The notes beneath the pieces are model-generated. The model worked only from the letters and a program-made list of their open reading frames with translations. It searched no databases and had not been told where the DNA came from. Below are positions 17,251 to 27,113 of a DNA stretch of 35,964 nucleotides, in pieces. The stretch is from the NCBI GenBank assembly GCA_016839745.1, contig JAEOTS010000013.1:1-35964 (forward strand), read 5' to 3'. A program made the position numbers and the translations under genes. Positions within the stretch are counted from its first letter, which is position 1. Each line of letters opens with the position of its first letter. Source of the DNA: Promethearchaeota archaeon. Lineage in GTDB: Archaea > Asgardarchaeota > Lokiarchaeia > Sigyniarchaeales > SOKP01.

Positions 17251-19080
17251 TTATTTACCATATTTTTCTTTCCAAATAGGATCGTTAATTTGAAGTATTC
17301 TACGTTGAACCTTTCCAAGAATATTTTTTGGAACCTCTTGGATGAATTCGATCATTGATGGACACTTCCATTTCGTCAAATTTTCTTGAATCCACGCTAT
17401 TAATTCCTCTTCAGTGATTTTTCCAATGTATTCGGGCTTTAATTCAACCCATGCTTTTGTTATTTCTCCAACCTTTCCAGCAGGATCTGGTAATCCAGAA
17501 ACAGCGGCTTCTGAAACGGCTTCATGCTTCATTAACATCGATTCAACTTCTTTTGGAAAAACTGAATGCCCTGCCACTTTAATTAACTGTTTTTTACGAT
17601 CCCTTATCTCAATAGTGCCATCATCATTCATAAAACCTATATCTCCAGTTAATAACCATAATTTGCCATCGAATTTTTTAATAGTATCGCTCGTTTCTTC
17701 AGATTGATTGAGATATTCGTACATAACCTGAGGACCATGAACACAAATTTCACCTGTATGTTCTTCTCCAAAATTAGTGTCGTCCGGGTTTCCTAAGCAA
17801 ATAGGGCCACCATCAAAATTATCAGTGGGCCAAATTCCCCATTCTGTACCAGGTACAGGTAATCCAATAACTCCAATTGGACTTTCACTAAAGAGATTGC
17901 CTGCGCTCACAAGTGGTGAAGTTTCTGTTAATCCGTATCCTTCTACAATATTACCTCCTGTGTTTTTTACAAAAGCATCTCGCACCGGGCGATGTAGAGG
18001 TCCAGCTCCTGACGCACATAATTTCAATTTACCCATAACTCCGGGATATTTTCCTTTTATGTCTGGAAAATCTGCTAATCGTTTGAATAAGATTTCAGCT
18101 CCTGCATACACTAAACCTTCTGGGGCAGGCAACTCTTCAATGTGTTCTAATAATTCTTCTGTGGGTGGAGGCGTTGGAAACATCATTATCCATCCTCCAA
18201 AAGCAATAGTTGCGTTCATAACTATTGTATGGGCAAAACTGTGAAAAAATGGAAGTACTCCAACATTTCCTATTCCTGGTTTCTCACCACCAAGCCAATA
18301 CTTGGCTTGTTCTGCATTAGAAACCGCGTTAAAATGAGTTAATACAGCAGCTTTTGGTAAACCCGTTGTTCCACCTGTCATAATATATGTAACTGGATGC
18401 GTTTTAACATCGATGTTAACTTCCGGAACGTTTGGTTTTGTATCTAATAAATCCATAAAATTAACAGCGCCAGGGACGTTTACTTTTCCCTTAGGAATAA
18501 TTCCTAGCCTCTTTCCTAATGCTCTTTTTATGCCTAAACCGTGAGCTAAATCAGCAAGATTAGTATATATAATTTTTTCAACAGGGCTTTTACCAATGAT
18601 TTCACCTATGTAAGGTAAATTTTTCTTTATTCGAGATTTACTTTTTTCGTCAAAGAAGGCATCATAAGCAATTAAAAATTTAGCGTTAGTTACGTCTAAT
18701 TGGTGTAAAATCTCTAATGGTTTATATGTGGGATTGATACCAGATGCAATTGCTCCCAATCTTGTTATCGCAAAATAAGAAACAACATATTGAATGCAAT
18801 TACCCATAAGCATTGCTACAACATCGCCCTTTTTAACTCCTAAGTCGTGTAGAGCTGTGGCAAAACTTAAAACATAATCGTGAAATTCGCGATATGTTAC
18901 CCATGTCTCTAAAAACCAGAGAAAATTCTTATCGGCATATTTTTCAACTTGAGCGTCCAAAAACTGATTTACCGTTTTTTCTTCAAAAGTAACATTTTTT
19001 GGAACCCCTTCCGGCCACCACTTCTGAAACCATATTTTATTTTCATTTACTTGGTAAGTATCTTCTTTTATAATTGGTAT
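17251..19080 (-). CDS. fadD: Long-chain fatty acid--CoA ligase (AMP-forming), about 609 aa, extended to an ATA start
   Basis: TGGTTGLPKA, EGYGLTET, TGDIG, DRKK, GKVQRR. The 40 in-frame codons upstream of TTG18960 (IPIIKEDTYQVNENKIWFQKWWPEGVPKNVTFEEKTVNQF) align with the N-terminus of the neighbouring paralogue. Confidence 0.9.
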   Translation of the reverse strand: MPIIKEDTYQVNENKIWFQKWWPEGVPKNVTFEEKTVNQFLDAQVEKYADKNFLWFLETWVTYREFHDYVLSFATALHDLGVKKGDVVAMLMGNCIQYVVSYFAITRLGAIASGINPTYKPLEILHQLDVTNAKFLIAYDAFFDEKSKSRIKKNLPYIGEIIGKSPVEKIIYTNLADLAHGLGIKRALGKRLGIIPKGKVNVPGAVNFMDLLDTKPNVPEVNIDVKTHPVTYIMTGGTTGLPKAAVLTHFNAVSNAEQAKYWLGGEKPGIGNVGVLPFFHSFAHTIVMNATIAFGGWIMMFPTPPPTEELLEHIEELPAPEGLVYAGAEILFKRLADFPDIKGKYPGVMGKLKLCASGAGPLHRPVRDAFVKNTGGNIVEGYGLTETSPLVSAGNLFSESPIGVIGLPVPGTEWGIWPTDNFDGGPICLGNPDDTNFGEEHTGEICVHGPQVMYEYLNQSEETSDTIKKFDGKLWLLTGDIGFMNDDGTIEIRDRKKQLIKVAGHSVFPKEVESMLMKHEAVSEAAVSGLPDPAGKVGEITKAWVELKPEYIGKITEEELIAWIQENLTKWKCPSMIEFIQEVPKNILGKVQRRILQINDPIWKEKYGK

Positions 19081-19276
19081 TTTTTCTCACTCTCGTTGTT
19101 ATATAAATTGTTCTAAATCCTTTAATGCATCATAATATATTACATTCGCTATTTTAGAAATTAAAAGATTAATTGTCAATTAAATTATATATGTAGCTGT
19201 AACCTTAAAATTCAGCTAAGAATAATGTTTAAAAACAAAGAAGTAAAAACTATAAAAAATTTGGCTAAGCTAATAT

Positions 19277-21067
19277 TTATTCTCCATATTTTTCTTTCCA
19301 GATTGGATCATTTATCTGGAGAGCTCTTCGTTGTACTTTCCCAATAATATTTTTTGGTAAGTCTCCAATTATAGCTATGTGTTGTGGAACTTTATAATGG
19401 GCCATATTTTCTAAAGCCCATTCTTTAATTGAGCGAGGAGATAAATCAGAATCTTCTCTTATCGAAACCCAAGCTTTTATAACTTCCCCAAATTCATCGC
19501 TTGGCAAACCCGAAACAGCCGTCTCTAAGATATCGGGATGTTTCATTAGAAGTTCTTCTACTTCTTTTGGAAAAACAGAAAAGCCCTTGAATTTTATAAG
19601 TTGTTTTTTACGATCTCTTATTTCTATTGTACCATCTTCGTTCATGAATCCAATGTCTCCTGTTAAAAGCCAGGTTTTCCCATCATATTGCATTAATGTA
19701 TTAGCGGTCTCTTCTGGTTGATCTAAATAATGTTTCATTATTTGAGGGCCGTAAACACATATTTCTCCAGTATTTTCGACTCCAAAATTCGAATCTTCGG
19801 GATTTCCCAAACATATCGGTCCTCTTGAAAATTCGTCCGAAGGGAAAATACCCCACCCCGTCCCAGGAAAAGGCATACCTATCACTCCTACGGGGCTTTC
19901 TCCAAACAAATTACCTGCACTTACCGCGGGACTTGCTTCACTCAATCCATATCCTTCAACAATTCTCCCCCCCGTATTCTCTATGAAGGCGTCTCTAACT
20001 TGTTTATGTAATGGTCCAGCGCTCGATATACACAACTTTAATTTTCCCATTACTCCCGGATATTTTCTCTTCAAATGTTTCATTTCAGCAAGTTTAATGA
20101 ATAAAATCTCTGCTCCCGCGTAAATTAATCCTTCAGAACACGGAAGTCTTTCTATCAGCTCGCATAACTCGTCTTGAGACGGTGGCGTTGGAAATAGTAT
20201 CATCCAACCTCCAACAGCAATAGAAGTATTCATAACAACAGTGTGAGCGAAGCTGTGAAATAAGGGAAGTATCCCAATATTTCCTATACCCGGCATTTCA
20301 CCGCCTAACCACAACTTACACTGTTTAGCATTTGATACTACATTAAAATGCGTTAAAACAGCTGCTTTAGGTAAACCAGTTGATCCTCCTGTAAGAATAT
20401 AAGTAGCTACATCTTTTCTGACATCGATAGTCACATTTATATCTGAATCTCTTGGTTCAGTTTTCATCAAATCCTTAAACTTAACTGCTCCTTTACAATC
20501 ACATTTACCAGTAGGGATTTTTTTTAAAAATTTTCCGAGAATCTTTTTGGTACCAAACATCTGAGCCAAATCGACAAGATTTGTATATACTACTTTATCT
20601 ATACTTGTATTTTCAATTATTGGTTTTATATAGGATCCATATAGTGCATCTAACACAATCAGCATTTTTGGTTTAATAATATCAAATTGATGTAAAATTT
20701 CCATAGGTTGGTAGTTTGGATTAATCCCACTTGCTATTGCCCCTATCCTTGTTATAGCGTAATACGACACTACATATTGAATGCAGTTCGGTAGATGAAT
20801 TGCCACTACATCCCCCTTTTTTATACCTAAATCAACTAATGCTGTAGCAAACCTTTTTACATAATCTTGAAATTGCTTATAAGACACCCATGTACCAAGA
20901 AACCAAATTAAGTTATGATCGGGATGTTTTTCGACTTGTTCATCTAACATGTCATTTAACGACTTTTCTTCAAAATCTACATTGTAGGGCACATTTTCAG
21001 GCCACCATGTTCGAAACCAACGCTTATTCTCGTCAACACGATGTAAACTGTCTAATTTAGTAGTCAT
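19277..21067 (-). CDS. fadD: Long-chain fatty acid--CoA ligase (tandem paralogue)
   Basis: TGGSTGLPKA, EGYGLSEA, TGDIG, DRKK, GKVQRR. Colinear with the neighbouring gene. Confidence 0.92.
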   Translation of the reverse strand: MTTKLDSLHRVDENKRWFRTWWPENVPYNVDFEEKSLNDMLDEQVEKHPDHNLIWFLGTWVSYKQFQDYVKRFATALVDLGIKKGDVVAIHLPNCIQYVVSYYAITRIGAIASGINPNYQPMEILHQFDIIKPKMLIVLDALYGSYIKPIIENTSIDKVVYTNLVDLAQMFGTKKILGKFLKKIPTGKCDCKGAVKFKDLMKTEPRDSDINVTIDVRKDVATYILTGGSTGLPKAAVLTHFNVVSNAKQCKLWLGGEMPGIGNIGILPLFHSFAHTVVMNTSIAVGGWMILFPTPPSQDELCELIERLPCSEGLIYAGAEILFIKLAEMKHLKRKYPGVMGKLKLCISSAGPLHKQVRDAFIENTGGRIVEGYGLSEASPAVSAGNLFGESPVGVIGMPFPGTGWGIFPSDEFSRGPICLGNPEDSNFGVENTGEICVYGPQIMKHYLDQPEETANTLMQYDGKTWLLTGDIGFMNEDGTIEIRDRKKQLIKFKGFSVFPKEVEELLMKHPDILETAVSGLPSDEFGEVIKAWVSIREDSDLSPRSIKEWALENMAHYKVPQHIAIIGDLPKNIIGKVQRRALQINDPIWKEKYGE

Positions 21068-21208
21068 TTTAGATAATTCCTTATTTTTAACTAAAGTGAT
21101 TGTTAAGGATCACTTTGATGACGCAGAATTTAAAATTATCCTTAAAGTAATAAAAACTAGGAATAATAAGAAAATAAAAAAAATAAAAATTAATAATTTG
21201 GTTGAGAT

Positions 21209-23365
21209 TTAAAATCTCATATCTTTACGCCTTTTGATTAAAATGGTAGCAACACCAACTAAACCGACACCGGCGATTAATAGAATTAATGCCCAAAAAC
21301 CTGTAGCTTCGAACACCATGAACACGCTGAATGTAGGATCGTGCCAAATTCCAGTTCCGTTATTGAACATTGGAAAGCAAACAGCGTAAACCATAACGCT
21401 AAAAGTTACATTTAACCCAATATCCGCTGCAAAAGTCTCTACTTCACCAGGTGTTCCTTCGTAAGTCTCGTGCTTATCCCTTTCAGCTTCAAACAAAGCA
21501 ACAGGAAGTATACTCGTGGATGCAGGTGCGCTGGTAGCCGTTCCTTCGGGACCATAGAAATAATTTGGTCCAGCAATGTCAACAAACGCTAATTTGGACC
21601 TGATATTATGAGGTAGATAATTACCTATCGTAAGCGAGCGAGTAAGATTATCATAATCATTTGCAGGATCTAATGGAGCGCTTGGGTCGTTACCAAGAGT
21701 TGCGATACTAAGGTGGAAGTGTAACACTGTTGAAACATAAACGATAGCAAGATCTAATCCAGCGATTGGATTATTTGTATACGGTGTGTCAGGATCGTTC
21801 CAAGGAGCGAAAAATTGATCTAACTTAACAGCTCCGTGTAAAACAGGCACGGTACTACCGTCAGCAGTAAGGAGATTTATTTCTTTTGGCTCAAAAGTGA
21901 AACCAAAGTAAATATATGCTAAAGATTCTTCAGCTGCTCCTAGATATGAATCAATATCAACTCCAACTGGAACCGGGACTATTGTAGCTTGAGTTAAGTT
22001 TAAACCCCAAGAAACTGTGTTTCCATCCTTAGCGGGCAAAGCAAAATCAAATTTGTTGACTTTGCCTAACAATAATCTATGCGTTAGCTCTGAGCTCTGT
22101 GGAACTTCTATTGGACTTCCATCTACTAAAATCGGAGCACCAACAGAATTATTTACTCGTACGTAGTTTGCAGAGAGTCTGTCATCTAAATTAGAATCGT
22201 TGTATAAGAAAGCTCCAGTTAAATGGTGAGTAAATAAGTAAAATTCAATATCTAACCCTTGAAATATTGCGGCAGGATTAATAGGACCAGGACTTCCGCC
22301 ACCCAAACCACCTAACAAACTCAAAATTTCGGCGACATCAATGTGTATTTCGAAATTTTTAACCCATAATTGGAACAAATCGAAGGTAAATGAAGTAAAT
22401 TCCCTATGTAGATCTTCAACAACTTCTGCGGTTAATAACCACTCCATGAGACTATCTTGTTTAGCTTGAGCAGTCAAATTCCACGAATTCAATATTGTAT
22501 TTCCCATTCCCGTAGCTACGTCTAGAGTTAAATCAAAATCATTTAAAAAACCGTCATTTCCCGTAACTTTCCATGTTTTACTAATAGTAAATCCTGTATT
22601 TGTGTCAATCTCTAGCTTCTGCCAAGTGATTGGATTTAAGACAAACAACTCTTCACCAGTAAAAATATCATTTATATGAATTAAAAACCAAGTAATCAAC
22701 TTAACACCTTCCTGAATTAATTCTTCTGGAATTCCTCCAATAGAAGAAGGCGCTGAAGTAGAAGGGGCCGAAGTAGAAGGACTCGAAGAAAGGGGACCCA
22801 TAAGGTATGGTGAAATTTTATGGAAAAAAGCTATGATTCTTTTCACAGCATTAACAAAAGAACCATCTTTATCCCAAATAATTAAAGTTACTCCTGCACC
22901 TACGGTTAAAGTAAAATTATAATCTCCAGATGTCTCAACTTCGCAGTAGGCATATCCATTTTCACTTGCATTATAGGGTCCTCCTTGGATATAATCAAGA
23001 GGAACCATATAAATTTGTTTCCTTGGAGTACTGAAATCTTTTAAAGCAGAATATGTTTTTTCTTGGGTTGCGCTTAAAGCATATACACCAGGTAATATTT
23101 CCTTACCGCTAAAGTTTGTTAGTGTTTGCATAAATAACATTTCAAATACGGTTGCTAAAACATTACCCCCGGGACCTAAAGTCCTAAACAAGCCTCCGAA
23201 AATGCCTCCAAAACCCCCGATAAGAGCAGTTGGATCTGTTATTCCAATTTGGTCGTAAGTATAATCGTTGTCGTAATCGTAACCCGCTGCCATAATTGGC
23301 GCGGCTGTAAAAGAAGCTACCATTAATGTTATAACCATTAAGGCTTTAGTGCTTATGTTTTTCAT
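21209..23365 (-). CDS. Secreted, C-terminally anchored cell-surface (glyco)protein of unknown function
   Basis: Signal peptide MKNISTKALMVITLMVASFTAAPIMAA, many N-x-S/T sequons, a Ser/Thr/Pro linker, and a C-terminal TM helix followed by KRRK. Confidence 0.75.
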   Translation of the reverse strand: MKNISTKALMVITLMVASFTAAPIMAAGYDYDNDYTYDQIGITDPTALIGGFGGIFGGLFRTLGPGGNVLATVFEMLFMQTLTNFSGKEILPGVYALSATQEKTYSALKDFSTPRKQIYMVPLDYIQGGPYNASENGYAYCEVETSGDYNFTLTVGAGVTLIIWDKDGSFVNAVKRIIAFFHKISPYLMGPLSSSPSTSAPSTSAPSSIGGIPEELIQEGVKLITWFLIHINDIFTGEELFVLNPITWQKLEIDTNTGFTISKTWKVTGNDGFLNDFDLTLDVATGMGNTILNSWNLTAQAKQDSLMEWLLTAEVVEDLHREFTSFTFDLFQLWVKNFEIHIDVAEILSLLGGLGGGSPGPINPAAIFQGLDIEFYLFTHHLTGAFLYNDSNLDDRLSANYVRVNNSVGAPILVDGSPIEVPQSSELTHRLLLGKVNKFDFALPAKDGNTVSWGLNLTQATIVPVPVGVDIDSYLGAAEESLAYIYFGFTFEPKEINLLTADGSTVPVLHGAVKLDQFFAPWNDPDTPYTNNPIAGLDLAIVYVSTVLHFHLSIATLGNDPSAPLDPANDYDNLTRSLTIGNYLPHNIRSKLAFVDIAGPNYFYGPEGTATSAPASTSILPVALFEAERDKHETYEGTPGEVETFAADIGLNVTFSVMVYAVCFPMFNNGTGIWHDPTFSVFMVFEATGFWALILLIAGVGLVGVATILIKRRKDMRF
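22740..22790. repeat. Degenerate 15-bp tandem repeat (about 3 units) encoding SPSTSAPSTSAPSS
   Basis: gaagtagaaggggcc (22755-22769) and gaagtagaaggactc (22770-22784), with degenerate flanking copies. Confidence 0.7.
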
Positions 23366-23678
23366 TATTTATGATCACATTATTTTTTTTTATAAAATTA
23401 AATTATTAAAATACAAATAAATTTTTTATTTTTAATTGTTTATATTCTAATTCACTAGAAAATTTAAAATTAAGGATTAAATTGTTATTAACTCAAACGA
23501 TTTTCACACTTTAAACTAGATTGGTCAACATTTTCACTAATCTTAATGTAAAAATGTTATAATGAATAAATTGATTGAAAACAAAGATTATCTTCTCTTT
23601 TTAACCAAACAAGTCACAATTTTCCTTTGAACATAGAAAAAATAATGAATTTTTGAAAATTTAAATTAAAAAAGAAAA

Positions 23679-24686
23679 TTAATCTTCAATAGTTATAAAA
23701 GTATAAAGCAGAATAAAGATATATAATATCGCTGAAATTACTAAACTCCAAGTTCTTAAAAATGAAGACAACTCTACATTAGTTAAAATTACATTTGAAC
23801 CGATAAATACTGCTGCGATGAAATAACCGAGAAAATAACTTTTAAAACTTCCATATTTTGATTTTCCTCTTATCATGTTAACAAGATAAGTAAAAATAGC
23901 GATTACTAAACCCGCTGTATAAATTAAGTTAATAATCGGGAAACCATAATAATCTAAGAAAAGAAAGAAGCCAAAGAGGCTTACTTCTAGTACTTTAACA
24001 TGAGCGAAACTCTTTTTTTGTGACGGATCTGTAAAAAGTTGTTCGTATTCACTAATTCCTGAGTTAGAAAATAAAATGATTAAGGAACCTATTGCTAAAG
24101 CTGTAAACAACGAGTAGGATATTTTAAATAAGTCATCAATTACCTTGATCCAAATATCATTCCATAAATACAAAGGTAATTTTAGAAATTCTGGAATTAT
24201 GCTTATAGTACAGAAAATTGGAACCAAAGACGCTAATACCATTACGAATTTCGTTAGAAACGAGATTTTTGAGTCATCTTCCCAACTCTCTTTTCTAAAA
24301 GTCGTCAAATGCCATGCGAAGGACGCGAAACTTAAAATGGAGATAAACGGTGTTACTACTGGAAATACGAAGATAAAAAGAATATAAACGGCGTTGATAC
24401 CATAAAAAAACTTTAACCTTGAAGGCACAACGCTAATCTTTTCGTCAAATGAGTCCATAGTATTGGCAAATCGATTTGCAAATATAATTAAAAAAAATAG
24501 CCACGAAACGCTAAATACCGCAGGGCTAAGTATTTTAATTATCCAAAAATTTAAAATCGGGTCGTTTGAATACCATAAATGAAAATCTACTAAGGAAAAT
24601 ATCAAAAAGATGCTCAATGGCACTAATAATATAGCAAGTAAAACAATTAAACGAGTCACGATTATTCCCTTAACTCTTTTCGACAT
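23679..24686 (-). CDS. Polytopic membrane protein of unknown function
   Basis: 335 aa with about 9-10 hydrophobic segments. SD-like GAGTGA upstream. Confidence 0.75.
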   Translation of the reverse strand: MSKRVKGIIVTRLIVLLAILLVPLSIFLIFSLVDFHLWYSNDPILNFWIIKILSPAVFSVSWLFFLIIFANRFANTMDSFDEKISVVPSRLKFFYGINAVYILFIFVFPVVTPFISILSFASFAWHLTTFRKESWEDDSKISFLTKFVMVLASLVPIFCTISIIPEFLKLPLYLWNDIWIKVIDDLFKISYSLFTALAIGSLIILFSNSGISEYEQLFTDPSQKKSFAHVKVLEVSLFGFFLFLDYYGFPIINLIYTAGLVIAIFTYLVNMIRGKSKYGSFKSYFLGYFIAAVFIGSNVILTNVELSSFLRTWSLVISAILYIFILLYTFITIED

Positions 24687-24864
24687 CTTATAGTCTCACT
24701 CAACGGTTTTTATTAATTATACATATAATGATGATAAGGTATTTTAAAATCTCTGTTTTATATCTTATTTTTTTTAACTGATATTAAAAATATTAGTAGC
24801 CCAATAAAAAAAAAGAAAAAAATAAAATAAACATTAATTCTCTTTGTAAGTTATAATAGAAAAC

Positions 24865-25602
24865 CTATAATTTCATCCCACAGTTAGTACAAAAATCATT
24901 CCCCGGAACCAATTTTGCTCCACAGTTGGTACAATGTGAATCATCATCTAAGGTAGGCTCTTTATCGTCTTCTACTTTAGGTTTAGATTTCTTGCTTTTT
25001 TGTTTACCGCTAGCTCCCGTTGGTTTGTATTTCAAAGCTCCAATAAATCCTCCAAACACTGCCCCCACGAGACATCCTTCTACAATTGCTGTAGAAACGG
25101 CCAACACGTAAGGTAAATCAGTTAAACCTAATAGAAGTCCGTCTAATATTGCTCCGATGATTGGTCCAACAACAGGGATGGCAGGTAGCAAGAAATATAT
25201 TAAAAGCGCAAGGATCAAATAACCGATTCCAATTGCTAAACACGTGCGTATCCCCTTACCAGGAGTCTTAGCGTTAATTGCAGTTATCCCTGAACAAGCT
25301 AAGATCCATGGCAACGTAACCGATATTAATAGCAGTACATCATCAGGACGATACATTAAACACCAATGAATTGGAAAGATGAGGATTAATACTAATCCCA
25401 ATAGAGGTGCTGCAATAATAGCTATTACATCTCCGAGGCCACCTAACAAACCCCCTAAAGAAGCTAAAGCGACATTTAAATTCTGAATTAAACCACCAGT
25501 TACACTTGAAGTCAAATCAAGGAATTGAAAACTGATCCATGATGTTAATAAGAGAAAGATCATTCCGACAATTCCCGTCCATAATACTCTACCAAAACCC
25601 AA
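24865..25602 (-). CDS. Membrane protein with a C-terminal zinc-ribbon domain
   Basis: Gly-rich TM helices, a Lys-rich linker and CTNCG-x8-CTNCG. GGAGG SD before the TTG start. Confidence 0.8.
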   Translation of the reverse strand: MGFGRVLWTGIVGMIFLLLTSWISFQFLDLTSSVTGGLIQNLNVALASLGGLLGGLGDVIAIIAAPLLGLVLILIFPIHWCLMYRPDDVLLLISVTLPWILACSGITAINAKTPGKGIRTCLAIGIGYLILALLIYFLLPAIPVVGPIIGAILDGLLLGLTDLPYVLAVSTAIVEGCLVGAVFGGFIGALKYKPTGASGKQKSKKSKPKVEDDKEPTLDDDSHCTNCGAKLVPGNDFCTNCGMKL

Positions 25603-25859
25603 AAGTATTTTCCTCCAGCTCTAATTTAAAAAATTATTTGAATTTAAGATATATTTTTCTTACTAATTCAGACATGATTCGTATATTTAAAATTATCTTT
25701 TTAATATCTATTTAGAAACTCTCTTTATTAACTTCCATAAAATTTGAAAGAGGTGAACTCGATTTATGGCTTTGTAATTTCACACTAAAATTAGTGGTAT
25801 AAAAACGATTTCAGAGCTATATAACGAAATTTAAAGAAAAAAATTGTAAAAAAAGATTT

Positions 25860-26552
25860 TTATTGAATATTTGTAATTAGTCCTTTATCCATTTTAACAG
25901 TCTTACTAGCGTATGAAGCTAAGGATCCTCGGTGGGTTACTACTATTATTGTTGTTTCCATATCCTTATTAATCTTCTTTAGAAGGTCCATAACTTGCTT
26001 TTCTGATTCAGGATCAAGATTGCCCGTTGGTTCATCAGCTAAAATTACTCTAGGGCGATGGACAATAGCCCTTGCTAGACCACACCTTTGTTTTTCACCA
26101 CCAGACATTTGAACGGGGTAATGGTCTTTTCTTTCAAGTAAATGGACATCTCTTAGTGCCGCAATTGCTCTGTTTTCTATCTCTTTCTCTCTTAAAACAG
26201 TAGGCCATAATAACGCCTCTACATTTTCAATAGCAGTTAAGGTCGGAATTAAATTAAAATCTTGAAAAACAAATCCTATTTTTTGCCTTCTTAGCTTACT
26301 CAGTCTTGATTCTTGAGCTCTAGCAATATTTTCTCCATCAAAAATTATTTTCCCCGAATCTGGTAAATCTATACCGCTTAGTACATTAAGGAGGGTACTT
26401 TTCCCACATCCTGTTGGACCTTGGACTAGTACAAATTCGCCTGATTTAATTGAAAGGTTAATATCACCTAGAGCTCTAATAATTGCACCAGCTCGCCTAT
26501 ATTCCTTATTAACATCAATAGCTTCAATCATAGTGTCTTTATCTACTGGCAT
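25860..26552 (-). CDS. ABC ATP-binding subunit, LolD/MacB/FtsE family
   Basis: GPTGCGKST, GFVFQDFNL, MSGGEKQR, ILADEPTGNLD, VVTH. AAGGAGG SD overlaps the permease stop. Confidence 0.93.
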   Translation of the reverse strand: MPVDKDTMIEAIDVNKEYRRAGAIIRALGDINLSIKSGEFVLVQGPTGCGKSTLLNVLSGIDLPDSGKIIFDGENIARAQESRLSKLRRQKIGFVFQDFNLIPTLTAIENVEALLWPTVLREKEIENRAIAALRDVHLLERKDHYPVQMSGGEKQRCGLARAIVHRPRVILADEPTGNLDPESEKQVMDLLKKINKDMETTIIVVTHRGSLASYASKTVKMDKGLITNIQ

Positions 26553-26564
26553 ATTCTTCCCTCC

Positions 26565-27113
26565 TTATTCACCTACTCTTTTTAATGCAATCATTGGTCT
26601 AACTTTCAAAACTTTTCGATTAGCTACTAAAATCGCTAAAATTTGGAAAGCAAGAAAAATTATAAAAGTCGCAAAAACCGGTAAAAGGCTTACTAAAGGT
26701 ATCTCTGCAATGCTCTCCGCAGCTTGCAGATAAGCAACAATAGCTGCGTAATGAAATAGAACTTCAAGAACTATAAAAAAGCCCATAATTGTTGTAAATA
26801 ATATGAATCCAGATATGAGTGAGTTAAGATCTCTATTCGTCCATCCAATGCATTTCAAAGTAGCAATAGTTTTCGAATTGCGTCTTACTATAATCCAAGA
26901 ATATAATAAAGATAAAAATATCCCTACACCTAGAGCAATAAAGAAACTTGTACTTGCAAAACCTAAACCTGGTTCAGCCATCACTAACTCAATTGAATAG
27001 CTTGTCCAAAATATTAAAATTGTGTACATTAAGCAGAATACAGTAAATTGTTTCTTCTCTCGTAACACCATTAAAATTGATTTTCTAAATAATCTAAAAG
27101 CCACATATTTCAC
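26565..27113 (-). CDS. FtsX/MacB-like (type VII) ABC permease, unusually short, with no extracellular domain
   Basis: Basic amphipathic N-terminal helix, 4 TMs, coupling motif RRNSKTIATLKCIGW, and C-terminal KVRPMIALK. Confidence 0.8.
   Translation of the reverse strand: MKYVAFRLFRKSILMVLREKKQFTVFCLMYTILIFWTSYSIELVMAEPGLGFASTSFFIALGVGIFLSLLYSWIIVRRNSKTIATLKCIGWTNRDLNSLISGFILFTTIMGFFIVLEVLFHYAAIVAYLQAAESIAEIPLVSLLPVFATFIIFLAFQILAILVANRKVLKVRPMIALKRVGE

Noticed and set aside
22740-22790. Short direct repeats as a possible CRISPR array
   Set aside because: They are in-frame coding repeats with no spacers and no cas genes.
23527-23558. Inverted repeat AACATTTT-N16-AAAATGTT upstream of the surface protein gene
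   Set aside because: It is short and AT-only, so expected by chance. I noticed no second copy.
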